A DNA stretch of 53,667 bases, counting the filler, from Ionaspis alba (Eukaryota), in the NCBI GenBank assembly GCA_964255285.1. It is 2 parts of 2 records of this genome, joined end to end, with 100 filler letters (N's around TTAATTAATTAA, not from the genome) between each part and the next. Parts side by side here need not be neighbours in the genome. Positions count along the whole stretch, not along the records: positions 1 to 26,800 come from CAXUUL010000142.1; 1 more part is not named here. One strand, 5' to 3'. The notes beneath the pieces are model-generated. The model was not told the origin of the DNA and searched no databases. It worked only from the letters and a program-made list of their open reading frames with translations. Positions 13,481 to 24,777 of this stretch are shown here, one piece after another. The position numbers and the translations under genes were made by a program. Numbering within the stretch: position 1 is the first letter of the stretch; the number at the start of each line of letters is the position of its first letter.

Positions 13481-14677
13481 ATGGCTCTGACTCCCGCTGA
13501 CAGCAAGTTCCTAACGCATGCCTTCCAGTGCCTTGACGAACCGCTCAAGGTGAGTCACTCAGCCTCATATATGCATATTTCATGCTCGACTCCCGAAAAG
13601 CACATATCACGCTCACCCTCTTCCTAAGCTATTTCCCAAAACTATACCACTCTACGTGTATTCACCCTTTACCATATGTCAGGAGAAAAAGCAAACCTCA
13701 CTTTTCCCCCGTCAGCCGCTGAAAGACATATGTCACGCTCACTTCACTTCACTCCTTCCTTGATCTAAGCCTTTGACCAACCACAAAACATTATACTTAG
13801 CCTATTCTATCATGTTCTATCTCACATACACATATTGAGCGCAAGCTGACAAGCTTCATAGGTCAACTTCGAGCAACTTGCCAAAGCAGCAGGAGTGACA
13901 AGCGCAAAAGTGGCTGGCAACGGTTTCCGCAATGCCATGAAAAAGATCAACGCAGGCACTGCCTTCCAGGTCTCAGCCGGCAAATCCACTAGTGATACTG
14001 ATGGTACCACTACAAAGACCAATACGATGACTCCCAAAACTCCGAAGACGCCTAAGACCCCTGTCAGCAATACCAAGGTCAAAAATGAGTCTACTGATGA
14101 CAGCGCTGGAACCGACGACAACGAACCAACCAGTCCATCCACCAAGAATGCCGGTACTGACGTTGACAACCCTCTCACTCCTCACACCCCAGCCACTCCG
14201 GTCTCCGGTAAGAAGCGTCCGGCCAAAACAGCTGCCGATGACGGTTCACCGGAGAAGCCCAAGCGTGTTCGCAAAGCTGCTGAGCCCAAAGTCGACGAAA
14301 ACGGCAACCCAATCCCTCGCGCCAAGCCCGGCCGCAAGCCGAAAGTCGACGAAGAGGGCAATCCCGTCAACCCTGTCCGCGTTCGCAAGCCTACCAAGGC
14401 TCAGATGGAGAAGCAGGCCGCCGCCGACAAGGAGGCAGATGAGAAGAAAGAAGCGGAGGAGGCCAAAGCTAAGGAGATGGGAGTTCTGAAGACTGTCGAT
14501 GGCGTGTTGACGGGAAAGGCAAACTGGGTCAACGACTTCACTCCTATCAACGGACAGGGCCAGGGTAAGGACGTAGCGATCGAGGAAGACAAAGGGGATG
14601 GAGAAGCTGTCAAAGAGGAGCAGATGGATGATGCGGAAACTTCCGATCCGCTTGGTGAGGCTGGCCAAGAGGTCTAG
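13481..14677 (+). CDS. Small fungal Myb-like helical N-domain plus Lys/Pro/Thr-rich tail (putative chromatin/DNA-binding protein); 2 exons
   Basis: Exon 1 13481-13549 MALTPADSKFLTHAFQCLDEPLK, intron 13550-13861 (GTGAGT..GCTGAC..TAG), exon 2 VNFEQLAKAAGVTSAKVAGNGFRNAMKK. TPK repeats, PGRKP AT-hook-like motif, KVDE.GNP repeated twice. Confidence 0.75.
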
Positions 14678-15245
14678 CTGCCTTGTAAGTCTCTTCTTCC
14701 TCGTTCTCAGCTGTGGCCCGATCTAAAACGGTCGTTAGCACCAGCTTCAAGTTACTGCATATCGTCTGCTCTGTTCTAGCCTTCATCTAGAGTGTCAGGT
14801 TTAGGCCACGATAGCTGTGACTTTTGTCAACGCTTCCATCATCGCCATGTCCCTTCTTATTACCACGAACCGCTTTGAGCTCATATGGTAGAGATGGACC
14901 TTTTCGGTGAACTTGAGATGGTTAGCGATTGCGATTTTCTTTGGTCTCGAAGCGAGACGATCTCATCATGGGATCTACGATGTTCAGCGAGACGCGGATA
15001 GCATAGATAGACCGATCTCTGTTCTTGAGAAAAATGCTAAGCTGGGTATCTCGCTAGCTGTGCGACTGCAATGAAATGACAAATACCTCAATATTTTCGG
15101 TAGATTGGTAGGAAAGCTTGCCCCAGCACCACCAAATAGTCCAAAAAAAATGTTTCAGCAATGATGACGCAACATTCTAGCAACAGAGCAATGCAACCAT
15201 TCCACAACAGAAAGTCCTTCGCTTTCCTGTGTCTAATTAACAAGC

Positions 15246-18200
15246 TCACAACGCCTCGATGGTCTTTCTGAGCACCTCTATCCCTCTCCTCCCAATCTGC
15301 TCCTCAGCGTCCTTGAGCATCCACGCAACATCGCTCTGCATACCCAGGGAGACCCAACACCCCATTCTCGCAGTTTCCAGACTCTCCTTCAGACGACTAG
15401 TATGCTCCCATTCTTTAGCTGCAACCTCAGCCCTCTCGATTACTTTATCAGGAATCCCACACATCGCAGCACAATGCATGCCAAAACTTCCCTCCGCAAC
15501 GCCGTCTTCAAGCTTGTAGAGGAAGGTGATCCGCTTCTGATCATCGTCGACATGAATCCTCATACGCTTGTTCCTAACCTCAGGATGGTTGGAGAATTCC
15601 TCCGCAAGACTGTGATAGTGCGTAGCGAAAAACCCAATGCATCCAATATGCGTCGCTACATGATGCAAGACAGCCTGAGCGACTGCCACCCCGTCGTAGG
15701 AGCTTGTGCCTCGTCCTAGCTCGTCAAGGATAACGAGAGAACGGGGTGTGGCTTCAGAGAGGATCTTCTTTGTTTCGGAGAGCTCAACGAAGAAGGTGGA
15801 TTGAGCGGCGAAGATGTTGTCGTTGGCGCCGAGACGGGACATGATTCGATCCACGGGCGAGAGACGTGCCGAAGTAGCGGGGACATAGCAGCCCAGTTGG
15901 GCCATGATTACGGCAATGCAGGTCTAAGAGATATCAGCAACCGCATACAGTGATAGGAGATATCTGTAAATTACCATTCGTAAGATTGTTGACTTTCCCG
16001 CTGCGTTCGCCCCGGTGAGGAGACTGATATTGGCAGAATCACCACCAAGAGTGACATCGTTCGGTATGAAATCAGTGACGTTCGAGAGCATACACGGATG
16101 TCTCAGGTCTTCGAACTCCAGAATACTTCTTTCATCCTCCACGAATATTGGTCGACAGCTCGGCTCACCAAGTGCAGCTGAAGCTTTGGCTAAGCCGATC
16201 AAGCAATCGAGCTGTGCTACTATTCTCACTGCAGCCAGCCACGTAGCATACTCCTCGTCGAAGCGAGCAAAGAACCTCCCTGCCACGTCCTTCGCAATCT
16301 GTCCGTGCAGCTCTTGAGCCTCTTGCAGATCGCGAATGAGTCTTCGCAGCTCAGGGTTGTAGTAGCGTTTGACCTGCTTGGTTGCAGACATCTGGTTCCA
16401 ATCCTTCGGTATTCCCTTAACATTAATCGGAACCTCGAGCTGATAAATCTCTTTCCCATTGTCCTTGAAGCAGATGGCCTTCGATCCAAGCTCTCGACGC
16501 GCTTTCTTCAGCAGCGAATCTAATTCCGCCAAGATCTCGTCAATCTTCTCTTGGCTCGCATCGAAGTCTTCCTCGACGCCTGGCTCGGGAATGAGCAGAC
16601 CACCTTCCTTTGCCGTCTTGCGATCAAATGCAGTCTTCCATGGTCCTAGTGCTGCGGTCAAGTCAGGCATGGATGCAATTAGATGTCCGATGATTCCATT
16701 TCCAGAACCGACTTCACCAAGCAGGCTCATTGTGTATTCGATCTGCTCGAAACCTTCTAGAACCCGTACGAAGTCTTGTGCTTTGCAGACGCCAGCGTGG
16801 ATACGCGATATTAGTCTTTCTAGATCAGGCATTTTGACGAGCTGAGAAGTGAACTGGTCTCGAACAGTACTATCTGCATTCAAGGATTCAACTGCGTCGA
16901 GACGAGCATTGATTTTGGCAGGGTCCATCAGAGGATGGCAGACCCATTGCTTAAACATCCGCTTCCCAAACGGTGTGATGCAGCGGTTGAGAAGCAGAAA
17001 CAGAGTCCCGTCAACTCCACCATCGAAAGAGTTCGCAAAGATCTCCATGTTGATCAATGTCTGACCATCAAGGACGAGACTATTCGCCTTACGAATGGGA
17101 TCGTACCAAGTGAAGTTGCCAATTGTCAGCAGATCCCTTTCGATCTTCAAGATCCTCAAGTAGTAGACCAAGGCACCGAAGGCAGACATAAGAGTGTCCT
17201 TCTCCCGTGCTTCCCGTAATGCCACTGGCCATGCTTCGATGTTCTCCTGGTCGGCGCAGACAAAATAGCCACTAGCATCTATTTCTCGTCGTGTGATGTC
17301 AGCCTCCCAAAACTCCTTGCCAGGCTTCAAGTAATTCCAGATTGTTGTCGGACCTGTGTTATTCTTCAATATTCGTAGTGCTTTGACAGAAAGAGATGCC
17401 CTTTCAAGCAACAACTCCTGCGGCCGTGTTTGCGCCACAAAGGTCTCAAACTTCGTCAGATCAACATCATCCACGATTTCTGCGAGGAAAAATTGCCCTG
17501 TAGCAGCGTCGACGAAGGCAATACCGAACGCTGGAAGATCATCCACAATGGATTCTTTGATGGCTACACAGTATGTTGCCATGTCATCTTGAAGCATCCC
17601 ACCATCTACTAGAGTTCCAGCAGTGAGTATGCAAGCCAGTTCCCGACGGACAAGCTTATCTTCTTTGCCAGGTACTTTTCCCTTCTGCGCATCTCGATCT
17701 CGCATTTCCTTTGCCAATGCTGACTCCATTTGATCAACACGAGCAATTTTGTGCCCCTTTGCGACAAACTGGTTTGCCCACATGTTCAGGCTAGATTCTG
17801 GGACACCAACCATGCGCATGTTGACACGATCAGTAAGCTTAAAATCGAACAGCTGATGGCCGATAGTAGCATCGTTCTCGTAGAGCTCGTAGAATTTGCC
17901 CTTCTTGAAGAAGACAATCGTATTGAATAGCTTCTGCTTGATCTCCCAATACTGCTTCTCGAAAGCGGAGAATTTCGTCCACGCCAGTGGCGGAATGTAT
18001 ACTGTGCTTGGATCATATTCCGGATGACCCACGGGATTCCTATCTGCATCTGCCAGGTTTGCAAGCCAGGGGTATCTTTGCTCTGGCTCCTTAACGTGGG
18101 CTTTCTCCTTCCATTTTTTTGTAGCTGTACCAGACTGCTTGGGCGCCGCTTTGGTAGGTGCAGGAGCTAAGCGCTCTGTGTTAGCTGGGTCGTAGGACCA

Positions 18201-19071
18201 TTGTAAGGCGGTTGCCACCCCGGGCATGTCCAGATCGTTGTCAACTTCGGAGACGGCTCGTTCCGGACTCGACTGTGGATTTTTCGTGCGAGATCTCTTT
18301 CGCTTCCTGCTGGGAACATCCATGTCGGAATCGTCAGGGACGATGAAGTCGTCTGAAGTTTGGAGATATCAGCATCGACTGGTCCGAGATCACATTACGA
18401 AGCTGAGACTTACCCTCGTCCACTTCATCGGCTGCTCCATCACCTTCTTGAGAGTAGTCTTCCTCTTCACTAACTTCTTTCATCCTCTTTCGCTTTGATA
18501 ATCGTCCTTTTCTTCTACCACTCCGAGTGGGAGGGACAAAGGTTTCCTCGTCCTCGTCGTCCTCATCCGCGGACTCAATGTAGTTAACTACCTTCTTTGC
18601 CTGGAAGATGTCAACGAGTGGTTCATAAGATCTGCAGTACGGAACAAGTTTCACCTTTCTTGAGGGACTGGAGAACTGTAACAATCCATTGTCCAGTGAA
18701 TCTTGGCCGCTCCTTATACTATCTGCCGGAGTGATGGGAGAAATAATGCCATTGACCATGCTCTTGTCCCTCATACTGTCGATGGAATCCTCCTGCTCAT
18801 CATTCAAGGCATCGCTGCTGGGTGCGGGTGTCAGAGCGTGGTTCGACCCTTTGGAAGACTGCGACACCAACTTCTTCTTCTGCAATTCGTGGGAGGGCAT
18901 GTTGGTCCTTGAGACACCATTGACGTTTGGTTGCAGAACTTCGGCGGGTTTCTTTTGAAAGAAGCCTAGAATGGATTTCTGGGTGTTGCTCGACTGCGAG
19001 CTCGAAGATTTCTTGAGGGACGGGGGTAGGGTTATTGGAGAGGACACCATCTTGTTCGAAGAACCTGCCAT
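15246..19071 (-). CDS. MSH6: DNA mismatch repair protein Msh6 (MutS-alpha subunit); 4 exons
   Basis: QKSILGFF PIP box, FFKKGKFYELYE mismatch-binding motif, TGANAAGKST Walker A, STFFVEL, LVILDELGRGT, FATHY, GSFGMHCA. Confidence 0.97.
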
Positions 19072-19487
19072 AAAATAGGTCCCGGCAGCCAAATGGTTAG
19101 GGTTACGAGACCTAGGTGAGTGGGAGTGCCTCGAACGGTGTAAATGGTACGTATCTTAGAGCTGGAGAAGGTATTTGCACGGAGTGGACTGCAAGGAAGA
19201 CGTGATGGACCGCGTACCGCGTAGCGCCAAGACAAGCTGCCTCTAATCTAATCATGGCAAGGCTCCTTCGCTTCGAGTTCTGGACCCTGGATAAACAACC
19301 GTTAGGTGTTAGTAATGGTGTGGACTGGCGATGGGGCTGTCAACTCTTTGAAAGTGCTACTGTCCCGGAAAAGTTCTAGTAGCACTTGGGTTTATCTGTG
19401 GTCAATCATTCATTTTTACCACCATGCTCTTCCATATATCAGTCGGGCTCGTGCGACACCCCGAATCTGGCGTTCATCCAGATTACG

Positions 19488-21248
19488 ATGTCACAACTCG
19501 ACCCCCAAGCTCCCTCGTCCTCCCCTCCGCTCCCATCAGCACAGCCTCGAGATCTAAGCCTACCACACGACGACGACGACGAGTTTTCCTCCCATGAGAA
19601 TAGCGAGCATGAGCCTCAATCTGCGGCAGTCGATGAATCTCCAACCGTAGCGTCGCCTAGCAAGAGAAATCCATATATCGAAGACAAAGATTCCGAATTC
19701 GACCTGCTCCCGCACTCACCGGCGCGACCAAACAAATTCCAAGGCCCTCCATCGACCTGGCGTGGTTGGACAGCCGCTGATCGGGCCATAGCCACCAGTC
19801 TCGATCGCATTCGCGCACAGGATCTAAGTGTCCACCTTTACAACGCTTATGTTTTAAAGAAGAGAGCTCGGCTATCTCGAACGCGAGAGGATGAAGTGGG
19901 AAAGCAAGGATTGGGTTGGGAGCCTCCAAAGCAGTGGACTGCGTGGCCGATGAGTGACGACGAGGTCCCTAAGGCGGAAAGAGGACGATGGGAAGACGAG
20001 AGTGATCAAGTAACAAGGGTGACGAGCATGAGCGAGGAATTGGAGGAGGTATTGTTGGGCGTTGTTTCGAAAGAAGCTAGGGGGAGGTTTGAGGCAAGGG
20101 AGTGGGAAGGGAAGGACGGTAGAGAAGAGATCATAGAAGCCGAACGTGTTCGAGGAGGCATAAATAGAGCAAGGACTCGGTCCCAGAGCCGTGCTAGGAT
20201 GTTTGAGGGCACTGCTGAAGACGGGGATGAGTTCGAACCAGTCGCAACTACAGGCTCACGAACTGAGCTGGAAGAGCCCATTTCTTTTGCAGACACATCC
20301 GCCACCTCCCAAACGTCCCCAGCCTTCTCCTCGTCCCCGTCTCCATCCAGTACGAACAGTCCTCGTCCGAACACCAAGCCTTCGTCCAGAAATTCGTCGA
20401 CAAGACGCAAGCGAGAGCCTCGAAGCCCTTCAACCCACCCTCTATATGAAGAGCCTTTTCTAAAACCTGTCATCCTAGCTGACGACGCTGTCGCAGCGAA
20501 CTTCCTCCATCCCACCATCCGTCACATACTCTCCAAACTTGACGCTCTCCTCGCCGCTCTCCACCACGCTCGCGTCTCCTCCCTCCGTCCATTGGACGAC
20601 AGCCAAAGCGAGACGCAAACCTCGGCTGACGAGAGCCGCTCTGCATCCCGATCGCGCGCGTCATCGAAAGCGCGGGGCCGGAAACGTGTTAGCTCGCGCG
20701 TGAAGGGTAAACGTGCTCAACATTCCGATGTCCAGGATTCAGGTGTCGTGTCAGATGTAGTGAGCGAGGTGGAGGCTGGAAAGCCGAGACCAAGCAGATC
20801 AGGTCGTCGTTTCTCGAATTCTGGATCTCGGGCGCGGATCATGAAGGACAGGCAGGCTCGTATGGGACTTCGTGATTGGAGCGATGTGCTTGGTGTTGCC
20901 GCCATCGCGGGTTGGGATGCTGGGGCTGTGGAGAAGGCAGCAGGGAGGTGTGCGGGTCTGTTTAGGGAGGGGATGGATTTCAGAGTTTTGGGAATAGGTG
21001 GGGAGGTGGAGAGGAAGTTCGAGTCTGGGCCCAGGGGAAGATTTGAGAACAATCGTGAGGGGAAGAGTGGAAGAGAGGATCAAGGGAAGGAAGGCGACGA
21101 GATGATAGGAGGGGTCCATGTTGATGGGTTTTTGAGGCCGATCAAGGCAAGGAAAGGGTGGAGGGGTGGGGATAAGGGGCCAAGGAAGAGCCGAAAGGAG
21201 AAACGAAGCAGAGAAGACAACGAAGGGGATAGTGAAGGGTCAGTGTAG
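19488..21248 (+). CDS. RRN9: RNA polymerase I upstream activation factor subunit Rrn9-domain protein
   Basis: RPNKFQGPPSTWR, DLSVHLYNAYVLK...WEPPKQWTAWP (Rrn9 domain), RDWSDVLGVA...RCAGLFRE and GGVHVDGFL motifs typical of filamentous-fungal Rrn9 proteins. Confidence 0.8.
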   Translation: MSQLDPQAPSSSPPLPSAQPRDLSLPHDDDDEFSSHENSEHEPQSAAVDESPTVASPSKRNPYIEDKDSEFDLLPHSPARPNKFQGPPSTWRGWTAADRAIATSLDRIRAQDLSVHLYNAYVLKKRARLSRTREDEVGKQGLGWEPPKQWTAWPMSDDEVPKAERGRWEDESDQVTRVTSMSEELEEVLLGVVSKEARGRFEAREWEGKDGREEIIEAERVRGGINRARTRSQSRARMFEGTAEDGDEFEPVATTGSRTELEEPISFADTSATSQTSPAFSSSPSPSSTNSPRPNTKPSSRNSSTRRKREPRSPSTHPLYEEPFLKPVILADDAVAANFLHPTIRHILSKLDALLAALHHARVSSLRPLDDSQSETQTSADESRSASRSRASSKARGRKRVSSRVKGKRAQHSDVQDSGVVSDVVSEVEAGKPRPSRSGRRFSNSGSRARIMKDRQARMGLRDWSDVLGVAAIAGWDAGAVEKAAGRCAGLFREGMDFRVLGIGGEVERKFESGPRGRFENNREGKSGREDQGKEGDEMIGGVHVDGFLRPIKARKGWRGGDKGPRKSRKEKRSREDNEGDSEGSV

Positions 21249-21434
21249 GTCTACTCAAATCAGTCTTTCAGGGAGGCTTTGCATACCAAAGGGACGTGAA
21301 TTTGCTCATTCTGTATTGGTACATCCCGTGTGCCCCTCAAAGGGGCTTTCGGACACATGCCTAATCCTTTCAATCTTTCTTATGGTCATCCATCCCAGAA
21401 AACGTCATGACCCTTATGGGTTTTAGACATGGTG

Positions 21435-23132
21435 TTATAGTCCAAGTCCAAGAGTGCGCTCCACGGCCACTCGATTTACCACGAATTCGTCGTTGCCCAG
21501 ATGTTTCGTCAAACCAAGTGGTCCTCCGCACTCCTCGAGGCTTCTGCGTCCGGTCGCGGGCAAAAGCTCTTCGAAAAACTCTAAATACCCTGTGTGCACC
21601 TTTTCGAGGTAAGATTGCGTCTGTGATTCAATCTTGCGATCTCGGAATCGCCATACTCTCGCAATGTCGAGAGCCACATTCTCAAGGTATCTTCGAGGAA
21701 GACCGGTAAAGGCTAAAAAGTGGCCAATTGAACATCCTGCTGCTGGATTGAGAGGTAAAGCAGTTTTCTCGATATATCTGTTGTATGAGACAGATGATTT
21801 GGCGCGCTCCACACCTTCCAAACGGAGGAACTTCTCGAGCTCGGGTCGGGCTTGTAAATAGACGCGTAAAGCTGCTATCGAGAAGGATGCCACGATCGCC
21901 AGGTCTTCTATATAATTGTAAACTAGCCATTCGACGCAGCCATTGTATTTAAAGCGCGGTGGAAGCTTATTGTTAGCACGTAATTTTTTGAGCACATCAG
22001 TCGCAGAGAACAGACGTCTCCCTAGTGGCTGATTGGCATTGATATGGGAAAGATCAATGAATGCAATATTGGCATTAGCATTGCTGCGTAATCCACGATG
22101 AAGTGCAGGCAGCAAACGACGCCAGACACTCACGAAATTTGTAGGCTCTTGAACTCGTGTGAGATGGATATGCGCGGATTGCTGAAATGACTCGGAGTTG
22201 AAATCTGCGGGATGGACAAGAATTTCGTCGAGCGATAGATTAATAAGAGCTCCAGCACGAAAAGTACCCGGCGTATTGAAGCCCTGCGAACGGTCATCCC
22301 AAAACCTATATCCGATAGTTCCATAACCTGGTTCACCAAACTCTGAGATGTTGACGGCGCTAGATGATTCAATATTAGACACTGTCGATATTCGCGTGGT
22401 TGATGGGGTCGCGGGCGGGGTGTTGAGTCCGTTGGCAGTGTTTCCCGGTGTGATCGGAGGCGTCTTTAGAGACGATATAGTGGAGCAACGATGATGAGGC
22501 GTCTTCGGCAGATTGTCACCCATCATTTGATCACTCTGTTCGCTTTCGTCGCTTGAATATCGTGCCGGTTTATGTTCTTGACGTCTTCTTTTCCTTGGAC
22601 TCACGCCATAAGCCGCTTTTGCAAGAATTGAATCCCTGTCCTCGCTGCTCTTCAGCTCAAGCGTAATACCTATTGAGGATGCGGTGTCCAGCAGCTCTTG
22701 TTTGGTAACAGCCCAATCAGAATCGATACCAGAGAATTCTGTGTTTAAAAACACTTCTTGCCATGCTTCGTGCATAAGTCCTTTTTCGGAGATTTCTCTA
22801 AGTTGAGCCGAAACTGCCAAATCTGATATGTCGTGAGGACGTCCTTGCACCTTTATCGTGTCCTGAAAGTATGTGCGAAAGATTCTTGCCATGTCTCTGA
22901 CAGATAGTTTCTGTTCATGACCGCAGTCTTTAGACACAAACCAACGATCAAGAACACAAAGCACTGCTCGTTCCTCCAGACTCCAATAATGAGGTGGATT
23001 TCGAGAGCGTTCCAAAGGGGAGTAGAGAGATTCCGAGATCGGATTGAGCCTATGCAGACTTGCTCCATGGTCATCGTAAGAGTCACAAGATACTCTTTGT
23101 ATCTGACACGAAAGGCCGACCAAACGGTGCAT
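21435..23132 (-). CDS. Uncharacterised fungal protein (DUF7587-like) with an ADP-ribosyltransferase-like C-terminal domain
   Basis: 565-aa open frame: N-terminal helical domain (HYWSLEERAVLCVLDRWF), S/T/P-rich linker, then GYRFWD...FVSVW...IAFIDL...CVEWLV, giving an R/S/E spacing like the ART fold. The start is uncertain. Confidence 0.6.
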   Translation of the reverse strand: MHRLVGLSCQIQRVSCDSYDDHGASLHRLNPISESLYSPLERSRNPPHYWSLEERAVLCVLDRWFVSKDCGHEQKLSVRDMARIFRTYFQDTIKVQGRPHDISDLAVSAQLREISEKGLMHEAWQEVFLNTEFSGIDSDWAVTKQELLDTASSIGITLELKSSEDRDSILAKAAYGVSPRKRRRQEHKPARYSSDESEQSDQMMGDNLPKTPHHRCSTISSLKTPPITPGNTANGLNTPPATPSTTRISTVSNIESSSAVNISEFGEPGYGTIGYRFWDDRSQGFNTPGTFRAGALINLSLDEILVHPADFNSESFQQSAHIHLTRVQEPTNFVSVWRRLLPALHRGLRSNANANIAFIDLSHINANQPLGRRLFSATDVLKKLRANNKLPPRFKYNGCVEWLVYNYIEDLAIVASFSIAALRVYLQARPELEKFLRLEGVERAKSSVSYNRYIEKTALPLNPAAGCSIGHFLAFTGLPRRYLENVALDIARVWRFRDRKIESQTQSYLEKVHTGYLEFFEELLPATGRRSLEECGGPLGLTKHLGNDEFVVNRVAVERTLGLGL

Positions 23133-24777
23133 ATTGATACTTGTGATGTATTCACGCCAGGAATTATGTAAGTCTCGAGCCTCAATAGTAGAACATCAGT
23201 CAAATCAGCCTGAGAACGAAATTTTGTGACAGTGTGCGGGTAATTGAGGCTTAGGGTAAGTAAACAAGACTAACAGTGTGGAGCCCTAATGATCTGACAC
23301 TCCAGCTTCATGTCTCGATAGCTTCGCGTAACGCAATGAGAACAGTGTCCAACATGTTTGGCATCATCGCAGAGAGAAGCCCCAAACAAGGTGGGTGTCA
23401 AGCGGTGGCGGCAAGAGAGGAGATTGAGGCGCAAGGGCTTCATACTTAGTACAGTCCTTGTTGGCTTGGAAAGCTGGGTTGACAGGCTGCTCGATTTTGA
23501 CATAGCAAAGCCACCCTGTAAATTCCTTGACGCATCCGCAGTGTCTGCGTGGCGGACCCTCAGTGCTGCTCTGAGATGTGGTAATGAAATCAACGAACCG
23601 GCTGCCTGACATGCACATTTTGACAATGAACGCAAATTCAAGATGTTCGCAAAAGCAAGACACATGTGAGTATGAAAGTAGACGAATATGTACCGGCAGT
23701 AGAAGATTTGACGGTAATATCAAGCCACAGATCTCGAAAAAGCCAACCATTTCTTATGTAGACTTTTAGTCCTTGATATGCGGTATAGGCAGCCGTGAAT
23801 GCGGCCTCGGCGAGCTCGCGCAGAAGACAACTAGTACAGAAAGAAGAAACATATCACATGTTGGCTGGACACAAAGTGCAGGTAAATCTGTTCAGGTCCT
23901 AGTAAGCAATCAGTGACGCCATTGGTATTGCACCTGCTGCTCTGCACAAACTGTGCTTGATCTAGGTGGGAAAGTCGTGGTTCCAGCCCGAGCTAGATAT
24001 GGCGGAATACAAGGCTGACTGATCAGTCAGTATCAAAGACATACCTGGCGAAAGTTTCTGAGCGGTCTACTCGATTCACTCCACTGACCTCGTCCTCGGA
24101 GAAACCACGATGACAACGATCTGAGACATCCAATTTGACGAGTGTAGGGACCTTGATAACGCCTTCTCTCACGAGCTGCGGCATCGAATGATACGCAGCC
24201 GTAAGGTCAATGAGGTCAATTGCCAGTTCAGTCAGAATTTCTGCAAGACTGGCACTAATCTTGATGACCTTGGTTTCATCACATTAGTATGTTTGTGAGC
24301 CCAGCAGTTGAATAACCCCACGCTGTATAGGATGTAAGCAGAACTCGTCGATCCTCAATGGGGAGATGACCTTTAACTGAGGAAAGCAGGTCATGTTATC
24401 CGAAGTTCGGGTCGAAGAACAAGGCTTAGCGAGCTCTGTTGTCTCAACTACGAACCATGTGCTTGAACAATTCGACAGGGGTGATATTCGTACGACGAGT
24501 AGGTAGAGGTTGATGATTTAACACGATTTGATACCCGTACCTATCGAAACCCTTGTGTTGAGAAGTGAGAGACTAGAATCATGATGAAGGCCATTTCGAC
24601 TCGATTCTGGACAACAAGATTGTCTGTGGTTGCTAATGTATGGAGCGAAACAAGAAGTTTAAGCGAAAGAGCTATGAGTCGACGCCTGAGCTCTGAGCAA
24701 GTATAGCAAAACCTAGCAAGTCCTTTTATGTATTTCTCTAGAGCCAGACAAGTCCTTACTCACAGCGCAAATCTCTC

